DNA of 64,000 bases from SAR202 cluster bacterium bin87 (GTDB lineage Bacteria; Chloroflexota; Dehalococcoidia; Lucifugimonadales; UBA3495): NCBI GenBank assembly GCA_002238825.1, contig MPNC01000003.1, positions 322,732-386,731 of the forward strand, read 5' to 3'. Under the pieces are notes generated by a model, which did no database searches, was not told the origin of the DNA, and saw only the letters and a list, made by a program, of their open reading frames with translations. Shown piece after piece: positions 55,143 to 63,719 of this stretch (position 1 is its first letter; the number at the start of each line of letters is the position of its first letter). The translations under genes were made by a program, and so were the position numbers.

Positions 55143-55634
55143 ATGAACTGGGAGCAGCTGCTCGAACTGGCCGAGATGCTGGCCGGGGCGCCGGTACACG
55201 GTGAGACCAGAGGCAGGCCGCAGCAGACCCACCTCAGGAAAGCGAACAGCGCCGCCTACTACGCCATGTTCCATGCACTCGCCAACAGCAACGCGGACGC
55301 GCTGATCGGATCAGGAGCGGCCATTCGCAGAAGCGAAGAATGGGCCGCCACGCAAAGGGCACTCAACCACGGGACATCCCGAAACCAGATGCTCAACGGG
55401 AGACGGATGGCAACCTTTCATGCCAACATACAGGACTTCGCTGAAACCTTTATCGAACTGCAAGTCCAACGCCACGAGGCCGATTACAATCCCAACTTGG
55501 CCACGCCGCTGACCCGAACGCAGACCGTGCGTAACATCCAGCGCGCCCGTGACGCCACCCAAGCGTTCCTGGCAGCAGCACCCCAAGAACGCCGACGATT
55601 TGCCACGCACCTGCTATTTGCGCGGCGGAGTTGA
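55143..55634 (+). CDS. Hypothetical helical protein, HEPN-like (tentative)
   Basis: ...LRKANSAAYYAMFHAL... and ...LQVQRHEADYN... resemble HEPN-type four-helix proteins. The canonical Rx4-6H motif is not clear. Confidence 0.45.
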   Translation: MNWEQLLELAEMLAGAPVHGETRGRPQQTHLRKANSAAYYAMFHALANSNADALIGSGAAIRRSEEWAATQRALNHGTSRNQMLNGRRMATFHANIQDFAETFIELQVQRHEADYNPNLATPLTRTQTVRNIQRARDATQAFLAAAPQERRRFATHLLFARRS

Positions 55635-55944
55635 GCAGTAGAATCAAGATGATCAAACCGCAAACTGCGCGAATGCCGGGAAACCTCTCGACCTGCAATA
55701 GACGTGGTTAAACCTCTTCTTGAACGTCACGCCTGATGGGCGCGTCGATCTCCGTCAGCCTGTAGACCTGCTTGCAGTGTCGCGCTCGCGGTTTACGAGC
55801 AGCTGAATTTCTCTCGTTTGATTGCGAGGGCCAAACGGATATTCCTGTTTGCAACCCTGCCCACCCCTCCCTATACTGCGGCCATCTACCACCAGACGCA
55901 GCGTTCCGGACGGATTCCGGCGGCCCACAGCGAGGAGGCTCCTG

Positions 55945-57111
55945 ATGCCCAAAGACAAGGTGGAAGTTTTCTGGTTTTCCGAACAGCCCTACGGCCACGT
56001 TACCGACGATGAAGTGTCACAGTACGAGTCGGGGCGGCTGGATTTCTCCAACGCACACTTCGACCCCGAAAAGGCCCACATCCTTTATAACCAGTACCAC
56101 GAGCAGTACACCTGGGCCGATCAGAACGGGTTTGACGGCATCATGTCCAACGAGCACCACGCCTCGTACTGGTGCATGAAACCCGCCGTCAACATCGACG
56201 CCGCCGTGATCGCCAAGGTGACGCGCAACACCAAGATCGCCATCCTGGGCAACGTCATTGCGGTGAACGATCCCATCCGCATGGCCGAGGAAATCGCCAT
56301 GTTGGACTGCATCTCCGGCGGCCGCATCATCTCCGGTTTCGTGCGCGGCACGGCGGTGGAGACCCTGCAGGGAGGCATCGCCCCGCCGCAGAACCGCGAC
56401 CGCTTCGAGGAAGCCCACGACCTGATCATCAAGTGCTGGACCGAGCCGGGGCCCTTCCGCTACGAGGGCGAGTACTACCATTACAGGAAGGTGAACCCGT
56501 GGGTTCTGCCCATGCAGAAGCCCCATCCGCCCATCTGGTTCCCGGGTTTCAGCAGCCCCGAGTCGGTGATGTGGGCGGCGCGTCACGAGCACCCCTACAT
56601 GAACCTGGGGTCGCTGCTGGATCACACCCACCGGCTGCGGGACGTTTACATCGACACGGCGCGCGAAACCGGGTTCGAGCCCGGTCCGGAGCACTTCGGC
56701 TACCTGCTGCGGATCTTCTGCGCCGACACCGACGAGAAGGCCCAGGAGCTGGGGCGTGAATTCCTCTGGACCCAGGAACACCGCAACCGCGGCCCCCGCG
56801 AGCACAACGACCCGCCCGGGTACCAGTCCCGCGAGGCGGTCAACATCCAGCGGACGCTGCCGGGCGCCGGCGGCTTCGGCCGGATGATGACCTACGAGGA
56901 ACTGCAGGAAGCCAACAACATCATCGTGGGCAGCCCTGACACCGTGCGGGAAAAGCTGTCCATGATCGTCGAACGCCTCAATCCCGGCTACCTGCACGTC
57001 TACGGCAACGAGGGCGCCATGGCCCACGAGGACGTGATGCGCTCCATCGAGCTGATTGGTCGGGAGGTCATCCCCGCTCTCCACGAGATACCGCTGGTCG
57101 ACCACTACTAG
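55945..57111 (+). CDS. LLM-class flavin-dependent oxidoreductase
   Basis: GAGGAGG RBS before the ATG at 55945. ...GFDGIMSNEHH...IRMAEEIAMLDCISGGRIISGFVRG... Confidence 0.85.
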   Translation: MPKDKVEVFWFSEQPYGHVTDDEVSQYESGRLDFSNAHFDPEKAHILYNQYHEQYTWADQNGFDGIMSNEHHASYWCMKPAVNIDAAVIAKVTRNTKIAILGNVIAVNDPIRMAEEIAMLDCISGGRIISGFVRGTAVETLQGGIAPPQNRDRFEEAHDLIIKCWTEPGPFRYEGEYYHYRKVNPWVLPMQKPHPPIWFPGFSSPESVMWAARHEHPYMNLGSLLDHTHRLRDVYIDTARETGFEPGPEHFGYLLRIFCADTDEKAQELGREFLWTQEHRNRGPREHNDPPGYQSREAVNIQRTLPGAGGFGRMMTYEELQEANNIIVGSPDTVREKLSMIVERLNPGYLHVYGNEGAMAHEDVMRSIELIGREVIPALHEIPLVDHY

Positions 57112-57116
57112 GCCCG

Positions 57117-57548
57117 ATGCGATTTCCGGCAGCTTGTATCGCCGCCGCCGTGGCGTTCCTGCTCTTTGTTGCAGGATGCGCGGTTGGCGGCGATGTTGCT
57201 TGTCCTGAAGGAATGGATCCCTTCACCGAAATCAATGTCTACTTCGGACAGGAGAAGGGCAGTGGAGAGACGGTTGCCGAAGCAGAGTGGCAATCTTTCC
57301 TGGCGGACACGGTAACGCCACAGTTTCCCGACGGGCTGACTGTGCTGGACGCCCGGGGTCAATGGTTCGACACCGACCAAGGTCGACTCTATCGAGAGTC
57401 CACCAGGGTGCTGAACGTGCTGGTTCCCGTTGACACGACGGATAGCGGCGTCGCTGCTGTCCGAGACATATCGGATATCTACAAACAGCGATTTGAGCAG
57501 CAGGCCGTCTTTTACACGTCGCTGCCGGCGTGCGCTGCCGTGTACTGA
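57117..57548 (+). CDS. Lipoprotein, DUF3574-like
   Basis: Lipobox LFVAGC. ...EWQSFLADTVTPQFPDGLTVLDARGQW...RESTRVLNVL... Confidence 0.6.
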   Translation: MRFPAACIAAAVAFLLFVAGCAVGGDVACPEGMDPFTEINVYFGQEKGSGETVAEAEWQSFLADTVTPQFPDGLTVLDARGQWFDTDQGRLYRESTRVLNVLVPVDTTDSGVAAVRDISDIYKQRFEQQAVFYTSLPACAAVY

Positions 57549-57563
57549 TTGGATGGGGGGAAA

Positions 57564-58457
57564 ATGAACGCCGCACTGCCCAACAAACAAGCCTTCATTG
57601 GAGTGGGCACCATGGGCAGCCTCATGGCCGGCTGCCTGCTGGACGCCGGCGTGGACCTGACGGTGTACGACATCAGGCGCGCGGCGGCGGAACCGCTGCT
57701 CCAGCGAGGGGCGCAGTGGGCCGACAGCGCCGAGTCTGCGGTGGCCGGCTGCGAAACGGTCTGGACCTCGCTGCCCGGGCCAACCCAGGTGGAGTCGGTG
57801 CTGTTGGGAAACGAGGCCGGCGTGCTGTCCGAGATGGCCGCCGGCGCAACGCTGGTGGACACCACCACCAACGATCCCGCCGTGGCCCGCCGTGTCTCCA
57901 CCGCCTGCGCCGAGCGCGGCCTCACCATGCTGGACGCTCCGGTGAGCGGACGCCCGCCCGCGATGACCATGATGGTCGGTGGCGACCGGGCCGTGTTCGA
58001 GACCGTCCGCCACTCGCTGGACGCGGTCGCGGCCCAGGTGTTCTACGTGGGGCCGGCCGGCGCGGGTTGCGTCGCCAAGCTGGCCACGCAATACATGGGT
58101 TACACCAACCTCATCGCCGCCATCGAGGGGATGCTGATCGCCCGCATGGGCGGCGTGGCCCCGGCGGTTTTGGCCGAGATCGTACCGGTGAGCGCCGGCG
58201 CCAGCCGCGCCTTCAACGCCATACCCAACAGCATCCTGAACCGCAGTTTCGAGGCCGGCGGCACGCTGGACATCGTGGCCAAGGACGTGGCCCTGGCCTG
58301 CGCCCTGGCGGAACGGCTCGAAGCCCCGGCCGGCACCGGGTCGGTGGCCAATGCGATGTACAGGCAGGCGCAGGCGGAAGGCTGGGGGGACGAGGGCTAT
58401 CCGATCGTGGCCCGGATACTGGAAGCGTTAGCCGGGACCGAACTGAAACGAGAGTAA
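57564..58457 (+). CDS. NAD(P)-dependent oxidoreductase (3-hydroxyisobutyrate / 6-phosphogluconate dehydrogenase family)
   Basis: FIGVGTMGSLMAGCLLDAG...MLDAPVSG... Start taken at the ATG at 57564. Confidence 0.85.
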   Translation: MNAALPNKQAFIGVGTMGSLMAGCLLDAGVDLTVYDIRRAAAEPLLQRGAQWADSAESAVAGCETVWTSLPGPTQVESVLLGNEAGVLSEMAAGATLVDTTTNDPAVARRVSTACAERGLTMLDAPVSGRPPAMTMMVGGDRAVFETVRHSLDAVAAQVFYVGPAGAGCVAKLATQYMGYTNLIAAIEGMLIARMGGVAPAVLAEIVPVSAGASRAFNAIPNSILNRSFEAGGTLDIVAKDVALACALAERLEAPAGTGSVANAMYRQAQAEGWGDEGYPIVARILEALAGTELKRE

Positions 58458-58522
58458 CGGGCACGGGGTCTGTGACGGTGTGATAACATTCGACCAGGCG
58501 AGCCGCGCCCGGAGGGGAGAAC

Positions 58523-59899
58523 ATGGCGATTACGTTCCAGCCCAGCAGCTACAGCGGCCTGGTTGACCAGGACAACGGCATGGTCAGCCGGGAGATTTTC
58601 GTAAATTCCGACATCTATGCGGAGGAACAGGAGCGGATTTTCACCCGCGCCTGGCTGTTCGTCGGCCACGAGAGCCAGGTGTCCAAGCCGGGCGACTTCT
58701 TCGTGTCCTCGATGGGCGAGGAGTCGGTGATCCTGTGCCGGGACCGGCAGGGTGAGATCCACGTATTCCTGAACTCGTGCATGCACCGTGGGATGAAGGT
58801 GTGCCGGTACGACGAGGGCAACACGCCCATCTTCACCTGCCCCTACCACGGCTGGAGCTTCGCCACCGACGGCGCCCTGGTGGGCGTGCCCTTCTACAAG
58901 GACGCCTACCACGAGGAGCTGGACAAGTCCCAGTGGGGCCTGATCCGCGTGCCCCGGATGACCAACTACAAGGGCGGCATCTGGGCCACCTGGGATCCCA
59001 ACGCGCCCGACTTCCTGGAGTACATCGGCGGCTTCCGCACCTATCTGGACATCCTGTTCGACGGATGGGACGGCTCCGAGGGCGGCACCGAGATCATCGG
59101 CGGCATCGAGAAGTGGATGGTTCCCAGCAACTGGAAATTCCCCGCCGAGAACTTCATCGGCGACCGCTACCACAACATCAGCCACCGATCCGTTGACCTC
59201 GTGGGCATCGGCCCGTCCGGGCAGGGGCGACGCGACAACAGTGATCGCGAGGGCGCCAAGTCCCTGGACGTGTCGTTCCCAGAACGGGGCCACGGCACCG
59301 TCATGTTCCTGCGACCCGAGGACGCGCAGCCGGTTGCGTCCTACCAGAACGATCCCATTGTCGCAGACTACTTCTACCAGTGCGAGATCGCCCGCAAGGA
59401 GCGTCAGGGTGAGCTGTGGCGCATCCTGGCCGGACCCGGGACGATCTTCCCCAACATGTCCTTCCTGCCCCGGCAGCCACGCAGTATCGCCGTGTGGCAT
59501 CCGCGTGGTCCCGACCAGACCGAGGTCTGGCGGTGGTTCCTCGTCGACAGCAGCGCGCCGCCCGAAGTCAAGGAGTTCCTGCGCCAGTACTACATCCGGT
59601 ACTCCGGCCCCGCCGGCCTGACCGAGCAGGACGACATGGAGAACTGGAACTACGCCCACGCCGCCAGTCGGGGAGCCATGGCCCGCCGGCACCACTACAA
59701 CTACCAGATGGGCATGGGCTACGCGGTCACCGACTTCGAGGATGGCGGCCTGAAACTCGAGGGCACCGTGCTCGACACCACCAAGGCGCGCGCCGGCGAA
59801 CAGAACCAGCGTGGCTTCTACAACCGGTGGCGGGAGTTCATGGCGGCCCGGGACTGGGACGAGCTGGCCACCTGGCGCAAGAACGGCTCGGCCTGCTAG
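58523..59899 (+). CDS. Aromatic ring-hydroxylating dioxygenase, alpha (Rieske) subunit
   Basis: Rieske CMHRG...CPYHGW. Catalytic-domain motif ...NFIGDRYH...H... Confidence 0.9.
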   Translation: MAITFQPSSYSGLVDQDNGMVSREIFVNSDIYAEEQERIFTRAWLFVGHESQVSKPGDFFVSSMGEESVILCRDRQGEIHVFLNSCMHRGMKVCRYDEGNTPIFTCPYHGWSFATDGALVGVPFYKDAYHEELDKSQWGLIRVPRMTNYKGGIWATWDPNAPDFLEYIGGFRTYLDILFDGWDGSEGGTEIIGGIEKWMVPSNWKFPAENFIGDRYHNISHRSVDLVGIGPSGQGRRDNSDREGAKSLDVSFPERGHGTVMFLRPEDAQPVASYQNDPIVADYFYQCEIARKERQGELWRILAGPGTIFPNMSFLPRQPRSIAVWHPRGPDQTEVWRWFLVDSSAPPEVKEFLRQYYIRYSGPAGLTEQDDMENWNYAHAASRGAMARRHHYNYQMGMGYAVTDFEDGGLKLEGTVLDTTKARAGEQNQRGFYNRWREFMAARDWDELATWRKNGSAC

Positions 59900-59907
59900 G
59901 TGCGGTC

Positions 59908-60453
59908 ATGGTGATTGCCAACGACCCCCTGGCCATGCTCCTGCTGAAGCAGGATGTGGAGGCGTTCCTCTACCATGAGGCCAACCTGCTGGACGACCGC
60001 CGGTACGAGGAATGGCTGGACCTGCTCACGGATGACGTACGTTACTGGGTGCCCATGCGCCGCAACGTCAAGTTCGGCGAGTTGGAGCGCGAGTTCACCC
60101 GGGAGGGCCAGGACATCAACTGGTTCGACGAGGGCAAAACGACGCTGACCCAGCGCGTCCGGCAGATACTCACCGGCGTCCACTGGGCCGAGGAACCGCT
60201 GTCCCGCCTCTCCCATTTGGTGACCAACGTGGAGATAACGGAGGCGACGCCCGGCGCTGACGACGCCGCGGAGGTGTCCCTGCGCTGCCGGTTCATCATC
60301 TACCGCAACCGCGTCGCCACGGAGACTGACATCCTGGTGGGCCGCCGGGAGGACAGGCTGCGCCGTGTCGACGGGGGGTGGATGATCGCGCAGCGGCAGG
60401 TCTTCCTCGACCAGAACGTGCTGCTGGCCAAGAACCTGACGTTCTTCTTCTGA
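59908..60453 (+). CDS. Aromatic ring-hydroxylating dioxygenase, beta subunit (NTF2-like)
   Basis: ...VEAFLYHEANLLDDRRYEEWLDLLTDDVRYWVP... is the typical beta-subunit N-terminus. Start at the ATG at 59908. Confidence 0.85.
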   Translation: MVIANDPLAMLLLKQDVEAFLYHEANLLDDRRYEEWLDLLTDDVRYWVPMRRNVKFGELEREFTREGQDINWFDEGKTTLTQRVRQILTGVHWAEEPLSRLSHLVTNVEITEATPGADDAAEVSLRCRFIIYRNRVATETDILVGRREDRLRRVDGGWMIAQRQVFLDQNVLLAKNLTFFF

Positions 60454-60489
60454 TCCTCCAGCAGTTCTCCGGCCAGCGAGAGTCCCGGA

Positions 60490-61317
60490 ATGACGCTCAA
60501 GACGCAAACCGATGCGCCCGTCAGCAGTGCGCCGGCGACGGTACGAGCCCCAGATCCCGACGCGATGGTCGTGACGCGGGCGGTGTTTGTCCAGGTCCAA
60601 CCGGTTCAGGCAATCCTGTTCGGCTCCCGGGCCCGCGGCACGTATGGAGCGCACTCGGACATCGACATTGCCATCATCACTGCGGATCCAGTGCCGGAAG
60701 ATCGCCGCCTGGAAATCGACGGGATCGCCGAGCGCGCCGCCAGGGCGCTGCACCCCGATGTGCCCTCAACGGATGTGTCCTTTCTGACCGTCGCCGAGCT
60801 CCTGGGCGGGCGGGTCAAGAAGAACACGCTGGCCAACTCCATAGCGAAGGAAGGAAAGCCGATTATGGACGGCAGTACGGCGGGCTATGACCCTGAGCAG
60901 GAAGAAGCCGTCAATTGGGATGATGTTGAAGCCAGGTTGAAAAGCGCGCAGGAAGCGGTGATAGATCTGGAAGTACTGGCAAGCAGCCCACGGTCGTCTG
61001 AAGGAATGCTGGGATACGCCGCCCAGCAGGCGCTGGAGCACGCCTACAAGGCCCTCATCGCAGCCCACGGCGAAACCTATCCGACTGGCGGGCGAGACGG
61101 ACACAACCTCCGTATACTGATTAGCCGCGTGCAGGAAGTTATGGGGCAGGATTTCCCCGTCCCCGGCGTCGATTGGCAAAACCTCACCGAGTATGCCGGA
61201 GTAGGACGGTATCAGGATGACCAACCGCCTTTGAATGACCGGCAAAGGCTGTCCCGCGAGATATCCGCCGCCGTGGCCGATATAATTGGTCACATCCCCC
61301 AGCGCGACCAACCGTAA
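60490..61317 (+). CDS. Fused minimal nucleotidyltransferase (MNT) - HEPN protein
   Basis: N-terminal LFGSRARGTYGAHSDIDIAI (GSx10DxD). C-terminal helical domain with ...AAQQALEHAYKALIAAHGETYP..GRDGHNLRILI... Confidence 0.75.
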   Translation: MTLKTQTDAPVSSAPATVRAPDPDAMVVTRAVFVQVQPVQAILFGSRARGTYGAHSDIDIAIITADPVPEDRRLEIDGIAERAARALHPDVPSTDVSFLTVAELLGGRVKKNTLANSIAKEGKPIMDGSTAGYDPEQEEAVNWDDVEARLKSAQEAVIDLEVLASSPRSSEGMLGYAAQQALEHAYKALIAAHGETYPTGGRDGHNLRILISRVQEVMGQDFPVPGVDWQNLTEYAGVGRYQDDQPPLNDRQRLSREISAAVADIIGHIPQRDQP

Positions 61318-61336
61318 ACTAACAGGACGCAGAGCC

Positions 61337-61540
61337 ATGGCAGACATAGTCAACCTGTTTGAAGTTGAGCCGGGCCAGAAGGTTGGGCTCTACAGCGGAG
61401 CCACCGCCGAGGTGGTCTCCAACCCCCGCGACGGCGTGTGGCTGTTCGTGCGCTACCTCACCAGCCCAGACGACCCCGACCAGGTGGGCGAGGAGGATAT
61501 GGTCTTCGCCCAGGACGTGCTGGAACTGCTGGCCAACTAG
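61337..61540 (+). CDS. Hypothetical small acidic protein (67 aa)
   Basis: ATG 19 nt after the MNT-HEPN stop. Coding-like composition. Confidence 0.45.
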   Translation: MADIVNLFEVEPGQKVGLYSGATAEVVSNPRDGVWLFVRYLTSPDDPDQVGEEDMVFAQDVLELLAN

Positions 61541-61545
61541 CGACC

Positions 61546-61773
61546 ATGACCAACGTGAACACTGCGGGCACCGGCCTCGATCTCCCGGACGCTGATGAGA
61601 TTCTGGCCGCTCTCAGAGCCGGCTATCGTTCCATCGATGAGGGCTACGGGTTCTACCCGGGCTTCGACGGCTGGCTGACTTCTCTCGGATACCAGCGCCG
61701 GGATGACATACCGTGCACCTGCCCCGACCGCGGTTACCGCGGACACCTGCCGGAGTGTCGCTTCGTACGGTGA
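61546..61773 (+). CDS. Hypothetical small protein (75 aa) with a C-terminal CxC...H..C cluster
   Basis: ATG 5 nt after the upstream stop. C-terminal cluster ...CTCPDRGYRGHLPEC... Confidence 0.4.
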   Translation: MTNVNTAGTGLDLPDADEILAALRAGYRSIDEGYGFYPGFDGWLTSLGYQRRDDIPCTCPDRGYRGHLPECRFVR

Positions 61774-61857
61774 CTGAGGGCTGCGTTTGGCGGTCTGGGG
61801 CAATCAAAATCAATCAACCGCGCCTTCGGCGCGAATTTCAACTGTGGAGTAGGAACG

Positions 61858-62667
61858 ATGTCCCAGCAGATTGTTGACCTGATGGAAGCGGTGTGGCAGT
61901 CCATCGACGCGTTGTGCAGTGGGCTGACCCAGGCGCAGTGGTCGCTCCCCACCGAGTGTCCCGGCTGGTCGGTGCAGGACCAGGTCTCGCACCTGGTGGG
62001 CAGCGAGTGCCGGCTGCTGGGGCGCCCCGCGCCGGCTCACGAGCCGGTCGACACCTCCCACGTGCGCAACGACGTGGGCCAGGGCAACGAGGTGCTGGTC
62101 GACTATCGCCGCCAATTCAGTGGCGCCGAGGTGCTGGGCGAGTTCCGTGAGGTGACTGCCGAGCGGTTGGGTGTGCTGCGCGCCATGACCGAAGCCGATT
62201 TCGCGGCTGATACTCCCAACCCGTTGGGCACCGGGCCGTACACCGACATGCTGGCCATCCGCATCTACGACGCCTGGGTCCACGAGCAGGACATGCGCCG
62301 CACGCTGGGCATCGCGGGTCATCTCAGCGGACCGGTGGCGCAGCACGCCTACGGGCGCACCGAGGCGGCCATGCCCTTCGTGGTCGGCCGCAAGGTCAGG
62401 CCCGACGACGGCGCGACCGTCGTGTTCGAGATCACCGGCGAAGCCGGCGGCAACATCGCCCTGAACATGGACGGCGGCCGCGCCCACCGCATGGACGTCG
62501 CCCCCGACTCTCCCACCGTAAAGCTCACCATGGGCCTTGAGCCCTTCAACGCCCTGGGCACCGGTCGCTGGTCCGCTGAACACGCCCTCGGCAACGGCTC
62601 GGTGGCCATCGACGGCGACCGGGAGTTGGGCGAACGCATCGTTGGCGAGATGAACTTTATGATCTAG
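61858..62667 (+). CDS. Mycothiol-dependent maleylpyruvate isomerase-like / DinB-fold protein (TIGR03083-like)
   Basis: ...W.LPTECPGWSVQDQVSHLVG... N-terminal metal-binding motif. Confidence 0.8.
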   Translation: MSQQIVDLMEAVWQSIDALCSGLTQAQWSLPTECPGWSVQDQVSHLVGSECRLLGRPAPAHEPVDTSHVRNDVGQGNEVLVDYRRQFSGAEVLGEFREVTAERLGVLRAMTEADFAADTPNPLGTGPYTDMLAIRIYDAWVHEQDMRRTLGIAGHLSGPVAQHAYGRTEAAMPFVVGRKVRPDDGATVVFEITGEAGGNIALNMDGGRAHRMDVAPDSPTVKLTMGLEPFNALGTGRWSAEHALGNGSVAIDGDRELGERIVGEMNFMI

Positions 62668-62708
62668 AGGGCGAGGGTGCTGGCATCATCCCAAAGCGAG
62701 GTTACATT

Positions 62709-63062
62709 ATGGCGACTGCTTTGCTGACTCGCGCTGACAAATCCCTTATGGAGCAATGGGCCGGAGAAGCCCCGGTCGACTACGGATACGAGGTTTTACT
62801 GGTGTGCGATACCAGTGGTGATAGTCCCGGAACTCCGTGGGCAGTTTTCTGCCCGTCCATGGACGTGGTCAGTGCCGGCCGCGATCCGCAAGACGCGCTG
62901 GACATGATTGCAGACGCCATTTACGAGGCGTTGGTGGATGGCGTCACCCCAGTCAATCGCAGCACCGAGGAATGGTTGGATGGCCTGTACGAGGAAATAG
63001 TGGCGGCCGGATGCCCCACCGCGACGGCGGTAGTCCGACCCACGCCGTATTCGGGTGGCTAA
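62709..63062 (+). CDS. hicB: HicB-like antitoxin (N-terminal fold only)
   Basis: ...YEVLLVCDTSGDSPGTPWAVFCPSMDVVSAGRDPQDALDMIADAIYEAL... Its stop lies 2 nt before the hicA ATG. Confidence 0.6.
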   Translation: MATALLTRADKSLMEQWAGEAPVDYGYEVLLVCDTSGDSPGTPWAVFCPSMDVVSAGRDPQDALDMIADAIYEALVDGVTPVNRSTEEWLDGLYEEIVAAGCPTATAVVRPTPYSGG

Positions 63063-63064
63063 AC

Positions 63065-63277
63065 ATGCCCGGAGTTCCCGGCAAAAACCATCGGCGAGTG
63101 GTGACGGCTTTTGGGAAAATCGGCTACGAAGTGGTGCGAGAAAGGGGCCATATCATAATGTCCAACGGAATAAACAGACTGGAAATCCCTCGCAACAACC
63201 CCATCAACGCATATACGATGGCAGGACTCATGCGTAAGGCTGGATTGACCCGCGAGCAGTTTGAGGAGCTGTACTGA
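63065..63277 (+). CDS. hicA: HicA-family (YcfA-like) toxin
   Basis: ...HRRVVTAFGKIGYEVVRERGHIIMSNG.NRLEIPRNNPINAYTMAGLMRKAGLTREQFEEL. Confidence 0.75.
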   Translation: MPGVPGKNHRRVVTAFGKIGYEVVRERGHIIMSNGINRLEIPRNNPINAYTMAGLMRKAGLTREQFEELY

Positions 63278-63284
63278 GGTGACT

Positions 63285-63605
63285 ATGGCAGCGTCAGACC
63301 ACGACAACAATCTGTACGACGTCATCCTCATGTACTCCAGTGTGGGCTACGCGGCGATCTGCCCGGGCATATCGGGCGCGGTGTCGCAGGGAGCAGATCG
63401 TGAGGGCGCCCTGGCGATGATCGCTGACGCCATGGCCCTGTGCCTGATGCATCCGCTTCCCGGAGAAGAAAACCCGGCACTGCTGGAGGAGTTGCGTGGT
63501 CTGGGGGTAGCACGCGTCGCCGAGCTCGTGAGGGAATGCCAACAGGATGGCCTGAAGTTTGAAGTTTGCCAGGTAGTACCTCGGTTTCTGCAATCTCGGA
63601 TATAG
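63285..63605 (+). CDS. hicB: Second HicB-like protein
   Basis: ...YDVILMYSSVGYAAICPGISGAVSQGADREGALAMIADAMALCL... Start at MAASDHD (63285). Confidence 0.6.
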   Translation: MAASDHDNNLYDVILMYSSVGYAAICPGISGAVSQGADREGALAMIADAMALCLMHPLPGEENPALLEELRGLGVARVAELVRECQQDGLKFEVCQVVPRFLQSRI

Positions 63606-63673
63606 GCGCGGGTAAAATCTACTCGTTGAATTGAGGCGGCCGCAAATTTGCGGCCGTTATTGCGGTTGTGGCA

Positions 63674-63703
63674 TGGACACGTATGCAGCAGATTTGGTAT
63701 AGT
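63674..63703 (+). promoter_or_regulatory. Sigma70-type promoter (TGGACA - 18 nt - TGgTATAGT extended -10)
   Basis: -35 at 63674-63679, TG at 63695-63696, -10 at 63698-63703. It follows a GGCCGCAAATTTGCGGCC palindrome (63638-63655) and precedes the ATG at 63720. Confidence 0.4.
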
Positions 63704-63719
63704 GAGGCGAGTATATACT

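Noticed and set aside
57546-57563. A TGA stop of the DUF3574 gene lies in the same frame as the following dehydrogenase ORF, which could suggest selenocysteine read-through given selB in the window.
   Set aside because: The junction peptide is not conserved-looking. The dehydrogenase has its own ATG and RBS at 57564. The TTG start at 57549 is just the ORF-finder limit. No SECIS-like hairpin follows the TGA.
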